From assembly GCF_000372725.1 (NCBI RefSeq), contig NW_005201349.1:260723-324722 (forward strand): a stretch of DNA of 64,000 bases. The letters are read 5' to 3'. The first letter of the stretch is position 1, and each line of letters begins with the position of its first letter. Under the pieces are notes generated by a model that worked only from the letters and a program-made list of their open reading frames with translations, had not been told where the DNA came from and did not search any database. Of this stretch, positions 47,588-59,495 are shown one piece after another. Origin of the DNA: Emiliania huxleyi CCMP1516 (taxonomy: Eukaryota). A program made the position numbers and the translations under genes.

Positions 47588-50355
47588 ATGCTCTGCTGTT
47601 TCTCGAGCGCGCCGGCCGCCGTGCTCCTCGCCCCGTACGACAGGAGCGTGGTGCTGTCGCCGCACGCGCTCACCCAGAGCGGCGGGGGCGGCTGGGCGCC
47701 CGCCCGGTTCGGCTTCTCGGGCGGCATCGCGCGGGTCTCGCCGATCGTGCGGCTGGAGCCAGCGCCGCCGGCCGCCTCTCCTCCTCCCGCCGGGGCCGCG
47801 GGCAGCGCCGCGGCGGACGCGGGCGACGCCGGCGCGCCGGCCCACTTCGCCGTCGGCGACCGCGTCCTCGTCACCTTCCCGGGCGAGCCGCCGTTCGAGG
47901 CCGTTGTGTGGGCGGTGAGTGGCGACGCATACACGGTGCGGTACTGCTACGACGGCGAGCTCGAGGAGCGGCTCGACCGCAGCCTGCTCTCGGCCTGGCG
48001 GCCGGACAGTGGCGCCAAGCGGCTCACCCTCGACGAGCTGATGATCCAGGACCGGCTCGGAGAGGGGACACAGAGCGAGGTGCTGAGCGGCAGCCGGCAG
48101 CAGATGCCAAACTTAGCAGCCCCCGCATTCCAGCAGCGACCCGAGGCTCTCGTAGTCGGCAGCCTCCCGCCGGCACTGCGCTCGCGGCCCTCGCATGCAC
48201 GCGGCGCTCCGAGCTGCCGATCCCCCACCCTCGCCTCCCCGGCCCCTTTTGTTTCGCCAGGCTACTTGCCCGGCGGCGCGCCTGTGGCGGTCAAGCTGGG
48301 GCTGAAGCGGGGCGCAATCTCGCGCGAGGCGGCGGTCCTCTCCGCCCTCTCGGGCCGCGTCGGCTTCCCCCTCCTCCTCCACCACGAGCACGAGGGGTCC
48401 GCCACGCCAGGCGCCTTCCGAGACACTTTCGAGACACTTCCGAGACACTTCCGAGACACTTTCGAGACCCTTTCGAGACCCTTTCGAGACACCTTTGATA
48501 CACCGCCACCGCCCGCTCTGCGCTTGCGCGCCAGAGGGAAGGCTTCTGCACCAGACGGCTGCTAGCGCCTCGCTCGGCGCCGCCTGGCTGTGCCTAAACC
48601 CCTCTGGCGCCCAACAACCCCCCCCCCCCCCCTTCCCTCCTCCCAACCCCTCCCCCCCCCTCCTCCCCTCCTCCCCAGGAGGGTGCCTGGTGATGGAGGT
48701 GCTCGGACCCTCCCTCGAGGACCTGAGGCGCGGGAAGAGCGGCCGCGCGCGCCTGTCCGGCGCGCCGTTTCTCCGCGTCGGCCGCGGCGTCCTCCGCCTC
48801 CTCCGCCGCCTCCACGCCGCTGGGCTCCGCCACTCGCCGAACCTCGAGCCGCGTCTCGGGGGTGGAAGCGCGAGCCGTCTCAGACCCCGTGTCGTAGGTC
48901 CGTGCACAACGGCCTCAAGCCCCCTTCCAGACCTTTCCTGGACCCTTCCTTGCCCCTTCCTGTAGGTTCGTGCACAACGACCTCAAGCCCGCCAACGTGC
49001 TGCTCGGGTCGGGCGCCGAGCTGCAGCCAAAGCCGCTGCACCTGATCGACTTTGGGTCGTGCACTCGGGCCAACGGACGGCGGGGCACGGGCTGCGTCAA
49101 GGACACGCCCGCACGACGTGTCCAGGACATGTCCATAGGCTGACGGGCAGCTGGCCGGGAACGAGCCGACAGCGAGCGCTCCTAGATGCCGCAGCGTGCC
49201 TTTTGCAGACGCCGCGCCCTCTGCACTCGCCGCCCTCGTACACCCCGAGCGGATGCGGAGAGAGTGCACGGCGGAGAGTACTCGCACACGGCACGAGACC
49301 GTCTCCACATGCGCAGCTGCCATCTCCCCATATCTCCCCATATCTCCCCATATCTCCCCATCTCCATACCCGCAGCTGCCATCTCCCCATATCTCCCCCG
49401 ATCTCCCCCGATCTCCCCCTGTCTCCACACCCGCAGCTGCCCGCACCCCGCCCCGCACCCGTGTCCTCAGGCGAGCGGGCCGAGAGGCACCCCCCTCTTC
49501 GCGAGCGTCGCCGCTGACGAGGGCACCGCTCCTCCGCCCCGAGCAGCAGCTGTGCGCGCGAGCAGCGCGTCTTGACACCAGCTGTGGCTGTGGCCAGGCC
49601 GCGAGCTGATGCGGCCGGTGGACGACGTGGAGAGCCTCGCTTACGCCCTCGCTTTCCTCGGGGCGGGCGGCCTACCGTGGCAGGTGCTCTCTCCCCGTCT
49701 CTCCCCATCTCTCCCCATCTCTCCCCATCTCTCCCCATCTCTCCCCATCTCGCCCCATCTCGCCCCATCTCTCTCCATCTCTCGGGGCGGGCGGAGGTGC
49801 GCTCGCACCTCGTGCAGCAGGCTTTGCGCCTTGGGTGCCGTGCCAGCCCCCGCCTTGTTTGCGTGTGGAGTTGCGAGGGCTGCCTCCCCCCTTCGCCCGA
49901 GCACTCTTGTGTGCGTGGAGAGCTTCCGCCGAGCTTGCCCCTCTTGAGCTTGCCCTCCCCCTCTCCGTGGGTGGCAGGGCAAGCCCGACGAGATCGTGCT
50001 CGGCATGAAGCGCGAGCTGATGGCCGGCGCCCTCGGCCGCTCCTCCATCACGGACGCCCTCCGCAGCGACGCCGACGCGGCGGCCCTCGAGGCGCTGTGG
50101 GCCGAGGTGCGGCGCTGCCACAGCGGCGAGGCTCAGGTCGACTACGACGCATGCCTGGCCGCCCTTGGCGGCGGGGAGGCGGGCGCGGGCGCGGGCGCGG
50201 AGGCGGAGGCGGAGGCGGAGGCGCTCTCCGAGCTCTCCTTCATGGCCGCCTTGGGGGAGCCAGAGGCGGAGGAGGGGAGCGGCGCCGGAGTGCGGTTGGT
50301 GCAGCCTCCCGCCTGGGCGCTGCGGAGCCCGGTGGGCATCTGGGGACGTCCCTAG
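47588..50355 (+). CDS. Casein kinase 1-like Ser/Thr kinase with N-terminal Tudor/Agenet-like domain, multi-exon
   Basis: FAVGDRVLVTFPGEPPFEAVVWAVSGDAYTVRYCYDGELE; LGEGTQSEV, VAVK, LVMEVLGPSLEDL, VHNDLKPANVLL, LIDFG, GTPLFAS, DDVESLAYAL, LPWQ. Confidence 0.88.
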
Positions 50356-51535
50356 GCGAGAGACGTGCGCCGGGGGGCATCCGTGACCGCGGCACAGCGC
50401 ATGCGCTACCTCAACAGGCGCCAGTGCCGAGGGCTGTGTGGTGGTTCGGAGGGAGATCTCTGGGGAGGGGCGGTCTGCCATGCGGAGGGTGTGCACACTG
50501 AAAGTACGGGATACATGTATCGGAGCGAGTCCGTGGGGTCGCAGAGCGTGTTTTTGTGTGAGTGTCGGTCTAGCAATAATTTGCGGCGACGATGTTTTGG
50601 TGTCGACGATATTTGATATTGGTGAACGAGACGCTGTGTCCGCCCGCGGGCGCGCTAGAGTATCATCTTCTCGGATCTCGCTCCGGCGGTCCTCCGGCTT
50701 GTGGGTTGTGCAGGGTTGTGCGTGCTGCACGGTCCGCTTCCCCTCTCGATGGACTTTTGTGGGCCAAGTTTACAAGACGCTCATTCTCACACGGACAGAG
50801 ACCTAGTGCGTACGTCAGTATGCATGTGATCACCCCCGCCGTTGCGACCTGTGCCCGGTCAAGCGTAGAGAAAGGCAGTGTGGCAGTCCCGCTCCCAATA
50901 TGTCCGTGCATCACTTTTGTGACGGTGTCACAACTTTGATCTGAATCATATCTCGATAACTACACCGGGCGCTCAACGTGCTTTCTTAGCTTGTGCGCGA
51001 GCATCTCAGAACATGGCAAGCTCCCGAAGCCGTCCTGGGATGACTACCATCGCGATAGAGTACAGGCCTCGTCAGGTTCTCGCTCATCCACGATCCACCC
51101 ACCCTCCTCGTAGGGGGGGGGGGGCATAGCGCCCCAAAATCCGCCAGTGTGTGATTTCGCGCAATCACTTGACTCTGAAAAGCTCGCCTATCCCTGCGGT
51201 GAGCGCTGTGATCGCCGCAGACTGGCTCCGACTTGACGGCGGCATGGAGACGTGATGCCTCCATGTGCTGCCGTCAAGTCGAAATCGACATGCGAGTCGA
51301 TCTTTGGCCCGCCAGAGGGATATGCGGCGTTTCGGGCGACAAACAGCGCTGCGACCGCGAAGTGGCGGTGGACATGCTCCCATGTTGCCGACGCGGCGCC
51401 GGAGTGGCCGGCGCTGCTCGCCGCGACCACTCGACGGCTACTCTGATACTCCGGGCCGACCCGTCCTACCCGACGGTGGCACTCTTCCGCGTCTCGCTCA
51501 CGCTGAGAAAAATTCTGAAACGCCGTGCAGCAGAG

Positions 51536-52708
51536 TCACCGACGAGTCGGTCCGCGTGCCTCCTCGTGTCCCGTACCGCTCTCACACATCCATAAACTCA
51601 CTTTGGCCTCACTGAAGCGATGCCTCAATCCTGAATCCTCAGATTTTAGATTCATAGGACGCTCGATCGAGACTTTGCAGCGCTCCGCGTGCGACATCTG
51701 CCAAAACCAGCGGAAATTGAAACCCGTTGGCAGCTCGTACACCGCGCTGCCATCAGCCATGGCTTTGGCATTGAACAAGGCCGTCCACAGCTCCTGGTCC
51801 GTAGCGCCACCGCCTCCCTCGCGCCAGGCATGATACACCGGCCAATCAAAGCCTTTGGTCCAGCGCCACTGCTTGGGCGGTGCCGGCTGCGCAAGGAGCT
51901 GGAGGACTTGTGCGGAATCGTTGAGGCTCGGTCGAATCACCATGACGCCCGAGTTGAGCCCAAAGTCCTGCGACGCAAAGACGAATGCGGGCGTGGGCGC
52001 GAGCGCGAGGCTGTCGATATTCCGCACGGCCCTGCAGTCATTGTCGAGCCAAACCACGACCTCAAACTGCGTGAGCGTCAGCAGTGCCAATTTGGCAAAA
52101 GTCCCGCGCCGTTTGACCATGGCCCAAGGCGGAGGCCGAAAGGCGTCAAGTGCAATCGGCAGCACGCGTGTCCCGAGCCGGCGAAGGCGCAGCAGGCTTG
52201 GCTTCTGGAGGGTGCCGTCAAAGATCATGGTATGCACGGGCAGTGTCGTCTTGACCGCACGCAGAGACCGCAGCAACCCCAATAGTAACCGCTCCTGCTT
52301 GTCTTCGTGTCCCCGTCGTGTAATTTGAAAGGATTCGTTCTTGAAGAGGCCTGTCACAATGGCCGCTGATGTAGCTGGTGCCGAGACTGTGCCTGGCAGG
52401 GTCCCTTTGTCGTCGCCGCTTGGTTCTGCACACCAAACCGACGGGGTGCAGGCCGTTGCCCTCCAGCAGCCGTGGCGCGAGCACGGACAAGCGCTGGCGA
52501 AGAGCTCCTCACACGGGCCACGCTCGATCCCACGCTCCCGCTCCAGAGCCATGCACGCAGGCGGCACCATATTGGTGACGGAGGTGGACAGCCTGAGCGA
52601 GTTCCACTGTGCACAACGCTTGCACGTGAAAGTCCGCCCGTCATCCGAATTGTGGCAGTAGCTTTGGGCACCGCAGTCAGCATGGCGATGGCAGCGCTGC
52701 TCCAACAT
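51536..52708 (-). CDS. Glycosyltransferase family 8 (glycogenin-like) with Cys-rich N-terminal region
   Basis: LLRSLRAVKT, TFAKLALLTLTQFEVVVWLDNDCRAVRNIDSL, LNSGVMVIRPS, TDQELW, ELPTGFN; 3' end may be spliced. Confidence 0.85.
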   Translation of the reverse strand: MLEQRCHRHADCGAQSYCHNSDDGRTFTCKRCAQWNSLRLSTSVTNMVPPACMALERERGIERGPCEELFASACPCSRHGCWRATACTPSVWCAEPSGDDKGTLPGTVSAPATSAAIVTGLFKNESFQITRRGHEDKQERLLLGLLRSLRAVKTTLPVHTMIFDGTLQKPSLLRLRRLGTRVLPIALDAFRPPPWAMVKRRGTFAKLALLTLTQFEVVVWLDNDCRAVRNIDSLALAPTPAFVFASQDFGLNSGVMVIRPSLNDSAQVLQLLAQPAPPKQWRWTKGFDWPVYHAWREGGGGATDQELWTALFNAKAMADGSAVYELPTGFNFRWFWQMSHAERCKVSIERPMNLKSEDSGLRHRFSEAKVSLWMCESGTGHEEARGPTRR

Positions 52709-53383
52709 CTCTGTTCGTTTACATTGAGGTGATGTGGAGTCTGGCCGCGCGCGCGGCGGGCGGCGGGACGGACGTAAGATCAGTAAACTTCGTACTAAGC
52801 GAAGATCCGCAAGAGTGGAAAAGAAAAATGCAATCCGCAACCCATACAAGGGCCCGGGGCATATGCTTAATATCCTTTTAGGACTGCTCCAGGACGAACC
52901 ACTGAACACCCTACCTGCACAGGGTCCCAGGCGCCAGGGCTCGCACCTCAACCTCTCATAGACCAGCGCACAGCGCCATAGGAGGTGTTTCCTTCTCAAT
53001 AACAAGGTGTGACCATGCGGCGAGAGATTTTTTCATTACCGTTTTTCTGCGGAACCCACTTCAAAACACTCGGTTGAAAACACCTCTCAACACCCTCTCT
53101 CCACTCTCGCGAGGTCAGCTCTGAGTGTGTGAGACATCTCGTCTCAGAGTGTCACCGTTTTACAAAACAATTTATTCGCCGTGACGCCACGCTGCCGCTT
53201 CTGAACAGGCGCCCTATCCAGAGAGATTTTAGAAAACCATCCTATGTTCTTCTCTCGCTCCTCTGCCCGTGCCTTGGTCTTGTCGTTGTTTCGCACCCAT
53301 GTCTGTATGGCAATCCAACAATCGATTTCTTATTTCGCCCCAGCGAGCCCACCAGCCAGCGAGAGAGCAGCCCTTGGAAAACC

Positions 53384-55471
53384 ATGCCAGGCGAGGGCTC
53401 CAGCGCCGCCGACGCCAACCGCGGCTGCGTCACCATGACGCAGCGTGACGCGGAGGTGCCGCGCCGCCCCCGGCCCCCAAGCCTGCGTGCAGATCAAACG
53501 CCGCTTGCCGCGCTGCAGCCGCCGTGTGCCCTGCGCGCTGCAGCGTTGTTGTGCCCTGCGCGCTGTTGCAGTGCAGAGCCGTCGTGCTGCAGGCGCAGAC
53601 CCGCCCAGCCAGCATTCAAGCCGCCGCCGCGACTGCCCGCACAGGAGCTCAACCAGGAGCTTTCCAAGGCGGCGCTGCGCGGCGGAGACACCTACATATT
53701 CGTACCTATCAACACGCCCGGTGCTATGAAGCCCGCCTTCCGGTCAAAGACCCCGTCGGTGCGAGGCCGCGCCCCGCGCCCTGCGCCCGGCCCCGCGCCC
53801 CGCGCCCCCGGCTCTCCGCTCGCGCCCGACCGCTCCCCTCCTCCGGCGCGCAGCTCGTCACCAACAGCCAGGGCGGGGTGCCGTCGGGTGCGCGCTCGTC
53901 GGGTGGCGTGCGCAGGAGGGACAGCGGCGAGCCGCGCGAGCGAAAGCGCTCCGGCGTGCCGGGGGGCTCAGCGATGGCCGCGCAGGCGCACCGGACCCCG
54001 TCTGCGCGCCTCCCCTCGCGCGCGTCCCCTCGGCCACAGCACCTTGCCGCGCCGCCCACAGGCCGGAGGCGGAGGTCAGCCGGTGGGCGCCGTGCACCGC
54101 TCGAAGCGGCCAAAGCTGGCGGCGCGGCCCGGCGGCATGAGCCCCAAGCTCAAGCCGGTGCTCAAGCTGCTCAACGAGCTGCTGCGCCACCAGTACGTCG
54201 GCCCGTTTGCAGCGCCCGTCGACCCGCGCATCTACCCCTCGTACTACGAGGGGCCGCGCGCGGTCGCGGACCCGATCGACCTCGGGAGCATCAAGAAGAA
54301 CCTCGAGGCGGGCGCCTACGCCAACGCCGACGCCGTCAAGACGGACGTGGACCGCGTGTGGGCCAACTGCCGCCAGTACAACGGCGAGGAGTCGGAGATT
54401 GCGCGGATGGCCGAGACGCTCGAGGGGCTCTTCGACGAGAAGATGGCAACCATCCCGCAGGAGCTGGAGGCGGAGGAGGAGGCGTCGCGGCGCAGGGACG
54501 ACCAGCGCAAGGACAAGCGCGAGCGCGACCTGCTCAAGCAGATGCAGGACATGCAGCGCCAGATGATGGAGATGCAAAAGCAGCAGCTCGCGATGCAGCA
54601 GCAGGGCATGGCGGCGGTGCCGCCGGGCGGGGGCGGGGGCGGAGGCGGAGGCGGAGGCGGCGGGCGCGGGAGCAAGCGGCCGAGGCCGCCGAATCGCGCG
54701 ATGGTGGAGGCCAAGGAGGCGCCGATCGACCTGTCGCGCGACATGACGTACGAGGAGAAGACGCAGCTCTCGGCGGGCATCAACAAACTCAAGAGCGACA
54801 ACCTGGGGCGGGTGGTGTCCATCATCCGGGAGAACATGCCCTCGCTCGGCAACGGGACGGACGAGATCGAGGTGGACATCAACGCTCTCGACCGCAAGAC
54901 GCTGTGGGAGCTGCACCGCTTCGTCAACGCCTGCCTCAAGAAGAAGCCCACCAAGAAGGCGGCGCAGCACACCACCGCCTCGCGCATGCTCGGCGCGCAG
55001 CAGGCAAAGGCGCAGACCGAGCAGCGGATCGCGCAGCTGCAGCAGTCGCTCCAAGCCAGCCACGGCGCCGCCTCCTCCGGCGGCGGCGGCGGCATCTCGC
55101 TCGCGCGCCAAGACACGGACGACTTTGGCGGCAACGACTCGCCGTCAGACTCGGACTCGGACGGCGGCGGCTCGCCGGGCGGCGGCGGAGGGTACTACGA
55201 GCAGTTTGCGCAGTCCAAGGCGCAGAGCGACCGCGAGCAGCAGGAGTCGGAGCGGCGGCGGCAGGACGCCGAGCGCGAGGCGGCGGCCAAGCGGCGGCAA
55301 AAGGAGGAGCACGAAAAGGCGCGCATCGAGCGTGAGCGCGCCGCGGCGCGCGCCGCGAACGAGGACGGCGACGGCATCGACATGCTCGGGCAGAGCAACA
55401 TGATGGCCTCCTTTGCCGACGGGAGCGGCACCTTTGACTTTTCGGGCTTGGATGAGTACGGCGACGACTGA
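53384..55471 (+). CDS. BET/GTE-family bromodomain plus ET-domain protein
   Basis: PFAAPVDP..YPSYY..PIDLGSIKKNL..VWANCRQYN; RDMTYEEKTQLSAGINKL..EIEVDINALDRKTLWELHRFV. Confidence 0.93.
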   Translation: MPGEGSSAADANRGCVTMTQRDAEVPRRPRPPSLRADQTPLAALQPPCALRAAALLCPARCCSAEPSCCRRRPAQPAFKPPPRLPAQELNQELSKAALRGGDTYIFVPINTPGAMKPAFRSKTPSVRGRAPRPAPGPAPRAPGSPLAPDRSPPPARSSSPTARAGCRRVRARRVACAGGTAASRASESAPACRGAQRWPRRRTGPRLRASPRARPLGHSTLPRRPQAGGGGQPVGAVHRSKRPKLAARPGGMSPKLKPVLKLLNELLRHQYVGPFAAPVDPRIYPSYYEGPRAVADPIDLGSIKKNLEAGAYANADAVKTDVDRVWANCRQYNGEESEIARMAETLEGLFDEKMATIPQELEAEEEASRRRDDQRKDKRERDLLKQMQDMQRQMMEMQKQQLAMQQQGMAAVPPGGGGGGGGGGGGGRGSKRPRPPNRAMVEAKEAPIDLSRDMTYEEKTQLSAGINKLKSDNLGRVVSIIRENMPSLGNGTDEIEVDINALDRKTLWELHRFVNACLKKKPTKKAAQHTTASRMLGAQQAKAQTEQRIAQLQQSLQASHGAASSGGGGGISLARQDTDDFGGNDSPSDSDSDGGGSPGGGGGYYEQFAQSKAQSDREQQESERRRQDAEREAAAKRRQKEEHEKARIERERAAARAANEDGDGIDMLGQSNMMASFADGSGTFDFSGLDEYGDD

Positions 55472-56339
55472 CGGAGGCTCGGCCCCCGGAGATCGACCCC
55501 CAGCGGCGGCCGGCGGCTGCAGTGTCGCGTGCTGCTGACGCACGATGGCGCGCGATGGCGGCGGCGACCGCGCCCCCTCCGGCGGCCGGCGGCGAGCGGG
55601 CCGTGCGCGCGTGGCGCAGCCGGCCAAGTGTGTTTTGCGCAGAGAGCGACCGCGGTTTTGCCACCACACCCCCTCCTCTTCCACACGACCCTCCACCCCC
55701 TCCAGATATGCACCTGCAGTGGGTGTGGGTGCGTCTCGTCGGAGTATCTGTGCCAGTTCCGTTGTGATGAGTCCCCATGTATGTAGCTTAGACAATAGGT
55801 GAGACCCAAGAGTGGAAAAATAACACGGCGCCCGGGGGCCACACGGCACACGCGACCACACGCCCGCGCGCAGGTCCGCAGGCCGCAGCGCCAGCGGCCA
55901 GCGCGCACCCGCGCCGGCGCCGCGGCGGCGGCGCCGCCGGGCCACCCCCACCGGCCACCGCGGCACGCCGCCAGTGCGCCACCGCGCACCGGGCCCTCGC
56001 GCCTCGGCCCCTCTCTCGGCCTCGCACCGCAGCCTGCACACTCCACTCTCTCCATAGTGAGTCGGACAAACCACGAGGGGCGCGGCAAGGGAGCGTCTCC
56101 CGCGTGCCGCGGCGACACCCAGCATGCACGGCAGCACAACTGACTCGCGGCGCAACGAACGTACATGGACAATCGGCGCACAGAACGTGCTCCTCGCCCG
56201 CCGTTACGGGCTGAGCTAACCGAGGAGTGCGTCTTCGGGCACCGTCGGGGGCCGCCGCACGACGCGCTTGCGCGTGCGCGGCCCGTGGTCGCTCCCCGCG
56301 TCGGACGGCGAGTCGGGCGCGGGCCTGCAGGAAGGCTCC

Positions 56340-58112
56340 GAAACGGCTCGCGAGAAAGCCCAAGAGGGCTCCGGGAGGGCAGCAGGACGGCTCCAATCGC
56401 CTCCGGCGCGGCGACGGGCTCAGCGACGACGCGGACGAGGCGGAGTACGGGCCGACGGAGCCGCTCTCGCTGCCGCCGCCGTCCGAGCTCGAGCTCACCC
56501 CGGAGGCGGAGCCGCACCCTACCCACAGCTCTCTGATCACCGTTCGCTGCCTCTCTGTTTGGCGCCCGACTGGGAGGAGGAGGAGGTGCCGCGGCCGCGG
56601 CCCCGCTTCCACTGGCGGCCTTGCCGCGCCTTTCGCCGCTGCTGCTCCTCGTGCTTGAGCACAACCTATGGCGACCAGAAACGCGCGTCGGACACGAAAC
56701 GCGGCAGGGCTGCTCGTCCTCGCTGGGCGGGAGGCCTGGCGCTGCATCTCCTGCACCGAGAGCTGGCGCACGCCTCCCTCTGCGCGGAGCCACCACTTGC
56801 CGGCCTCGGTCGCGTGCATCACCGCAGAAGGGCGGCTGCCGCGCGCGGGAGGAGGCGGGCGAATGAGCGGGCGGGAGGACGAGCAGCTTTGGCGAGAGGA
56901 GAGGAGAGGAGAGGAGAAGTTGGGAGAAGGAGCTGGGGGGGGGGGGGGGGGGGGGAGGAGCGAGCGGGGGCGGGAGGCANNNNNNNNNNNNNNNNNNNNN
57001 NNNNNNNNNNNNNNNNNNNNNNNNNNNNNNNNNNNNNNNNNNNNNNNNNNNNNNNNNNNNNNNNNNNNNNNNNNNNNNNCGTCAGCGTCTGCTTGATTCA
57101 CCGCAGCGCCGGCAGCGAGCATCAGACGGACGCAATCAATCTGGCCAGCCAGGCTCGCAGCGCTCAGTGGCGTGGTGCCGTCATCCTTGGCTTGGTCGAC
57201 CGCCGCGCCGGCCTCGAGGATCAGCTGGACGCACTCGAGGTGACCCTTATGGCACGCGATGTACCCCGCCCAGAAGGCCTTCGAGTGCGCCGTTTGCAAG
57301 CAGCATAAGCCGGCCGGCACACCCTGCGTCGGCCACTGCGGGGCGGGAGGCACACCCCAGGTCACCATGACGACGTACGTGTCGTGCGGCGCCGCAGAGA
57401 CGGGCTCAAAGTCGAGCTTGACGAGGCCTCCTCGCAGCGGCGGGTCGGTCCGCGCGACGATGCCGTCGTGCGTCAGTCGCAGCGCGTCCCTGTCTCTCTT
57501 GGAGAGGGAGAGGCCGGCCACCGCTCCGTCGTTGTCGACGCCGAGGTAGAGCCGCCCGCCTCCGCCGTTGGCAAAGCCGCATACGCACGCCTCGTACTTG
57601 GCTCTGCCCCGCGGGCAGGAGGCGAGCAGGTTGCCGCGCTTGAACTCGTGCCGCCGGTCCTCGTCGCCGAGCACATCGCCGAGCGCCCACGTGCCGGCGG
57701 TCGGCCAGCTGCTCGCGGAGCCGGCGCTGGCCAGCCCACGAGCGCGGGCCAGCGAGGAGTGTCGGGCTATCGAGGCGAGCGTCGGCGGGCTCGGGCGCGA
57801 GTGGTGGTCGCGCCCGAGGCTCACCTTGCCCGACATGAGCTCGCGCAGCGTCGGCGGGCGGCGGCGCGGATGCAGGCCGCTCTGCGTGGGCTTGCCCAGC
57901 GCGATGAGCTCGTCGAGCGACATGTCCAACCTCGCACGCGCAGCCTCCTTGAGCGCCTGCACGGTGGAGCGATCCACGTACCGCCGACTCGACTTCCACG
58001 CCGCCTTGAACTCGTCGAGCGAGAGATCGAGGCACGCCGGATAGGAGAGGGCGGCCGCGACCCCGTCGTTGTTGTCGAGGGCCGCGCCGTCGTTGTCGGT
58101 GTGCATGTCCAT
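56340..58112 (-). CDS. Schlafen/AlbA_2-domain protein with ankyrin repeats; interrupted by assembly gap 56980-57079, 3' end uncertain
   Basis: LGDEDRRHEFKR, CGFANGGGGRLYLGVDNDGAVAGL, DPPL, YVVMV; ankyrins YIACHKGHLECVQLILEAGA, GTTPLSAASLAGQIDCVRLMLAAGA. Confidence 0.8.
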
Positions 58113-59495
58113 GGCTCGGGGCGCGAAAGCACAAACTGTGAAGAGAATCTGACAACAAAACTCCCTCGCACAACACTGGGCACGGGACTGTGAAGAGAAG
58201 CGACGACCGAGTCGGGCGAAAAAAAAAACCGAGTCGGGCGAGGCGGCGTCGGCTGCCAGTGAGCTGAAGATGGCCACCCAGCCGACTTAGTGCACTCCTG
58301 CTGCACTGGATAGGGTCGATTCCGCATGGTACGGGACCCCTCGATCGTCTCGCCCTCCCTCACTGGTGTGTTCGTGCCTTTCCCTATTTATGGGGTCAAT
58401 CCCAATAGACAGTCCGACCACCCTACAGTACTAGCCCGCCTCAACCCACTTTACCTAGGTGCATACTATTATACTTGGCAGAAGCCGCCGTGTGTGACAC
58501 AATTGCGGCACGTGAGTGAGACAGAGCCCCGGCGCGCGCGCGCGCAGCGCAACAGGCGTTTTTTTATGTGCAAACAGCAAACGGGACGGCCTGCGCAGCC
58601 TCTAACTATGGTCCCTCTTGACTGCCCATGCGCGCGAGGCTGTGTAGGCATAGCCTCGAGAGTGCCAGCAGCCAATCCGAGGCAGTTTGACACGCGCATT
58701 GCGTCAGAAGCGTGCACGCGCTGGAAGGACACCTTCCTACTGGCCGTACGATCAGGTCGTCACTGAATGCCGAAGACTAAGGCCGCGAGCTATGCAGGCG
58801 GTCAGTTGAGCAGCATGGCACGGTCAGCAGCGCCGAAAGGATGTCGCAAGGCGTGATAGCATGGCCGCAAGTACGCCGAATTCCCATGAAACAAGTAAAA
58901 AATCGCGCGAAAAAAAATGCTAGACAGACCTTTGGCTTTATTGGAAAAAGAAATCCGGGGGCCAAAAACCCGGCGACGACGGCGCTCTGGATGGGGCGTG
59001 ACCTCCTGCCTCCAACCTCCTTCCTTTTTGAGCAGGTGTGACGCCGCGCGAGCGACGCTCCGAGATCGCCCGAGATAGCGCGGCGCGGCCCCGAGATCGC
59101 CCGAGATAGCGCGAGATCGCCCGAGATTGCGCGGCGCGGCCCGAGGCGAGGTGGGTGGGTTGGGAGCGAGGGGGCGGAAGTGCTCAGTGCGGTAGATGGT
59201 CAGCTCGAGGCGCGTGAGCCGGACTTGTGAGCCGGACCACCCCCTCTTGAAACCTGCGTTGTTGAGCCAGGACTCAACATACTCGGGCTGTCGCCGTCCC
59301 AAACTGTCACTCCCCTTTCTCCCGGCCGGGGTGGGGCGCGCGCGGGGGCGGCGGGTGTGCGGGATGTCTGTGGGCCCGAGAGCGATATGCCATGTCCGCC
59401 TTGCGTTTGTTTCATAACATCGAAGGCTAAGCTCAAAAGAAATTGTTATTGGAGACGGAGGCAGGCAAAAGAGAGAAAGAAAAACTCATCCCAAG

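Noticed and set aside
53129..53383. N-terminal extension of the bromodomain ORF
   Set aside because: Starts at GTG in promoter/UTR-like sequence; ATG 53384 is more plausible
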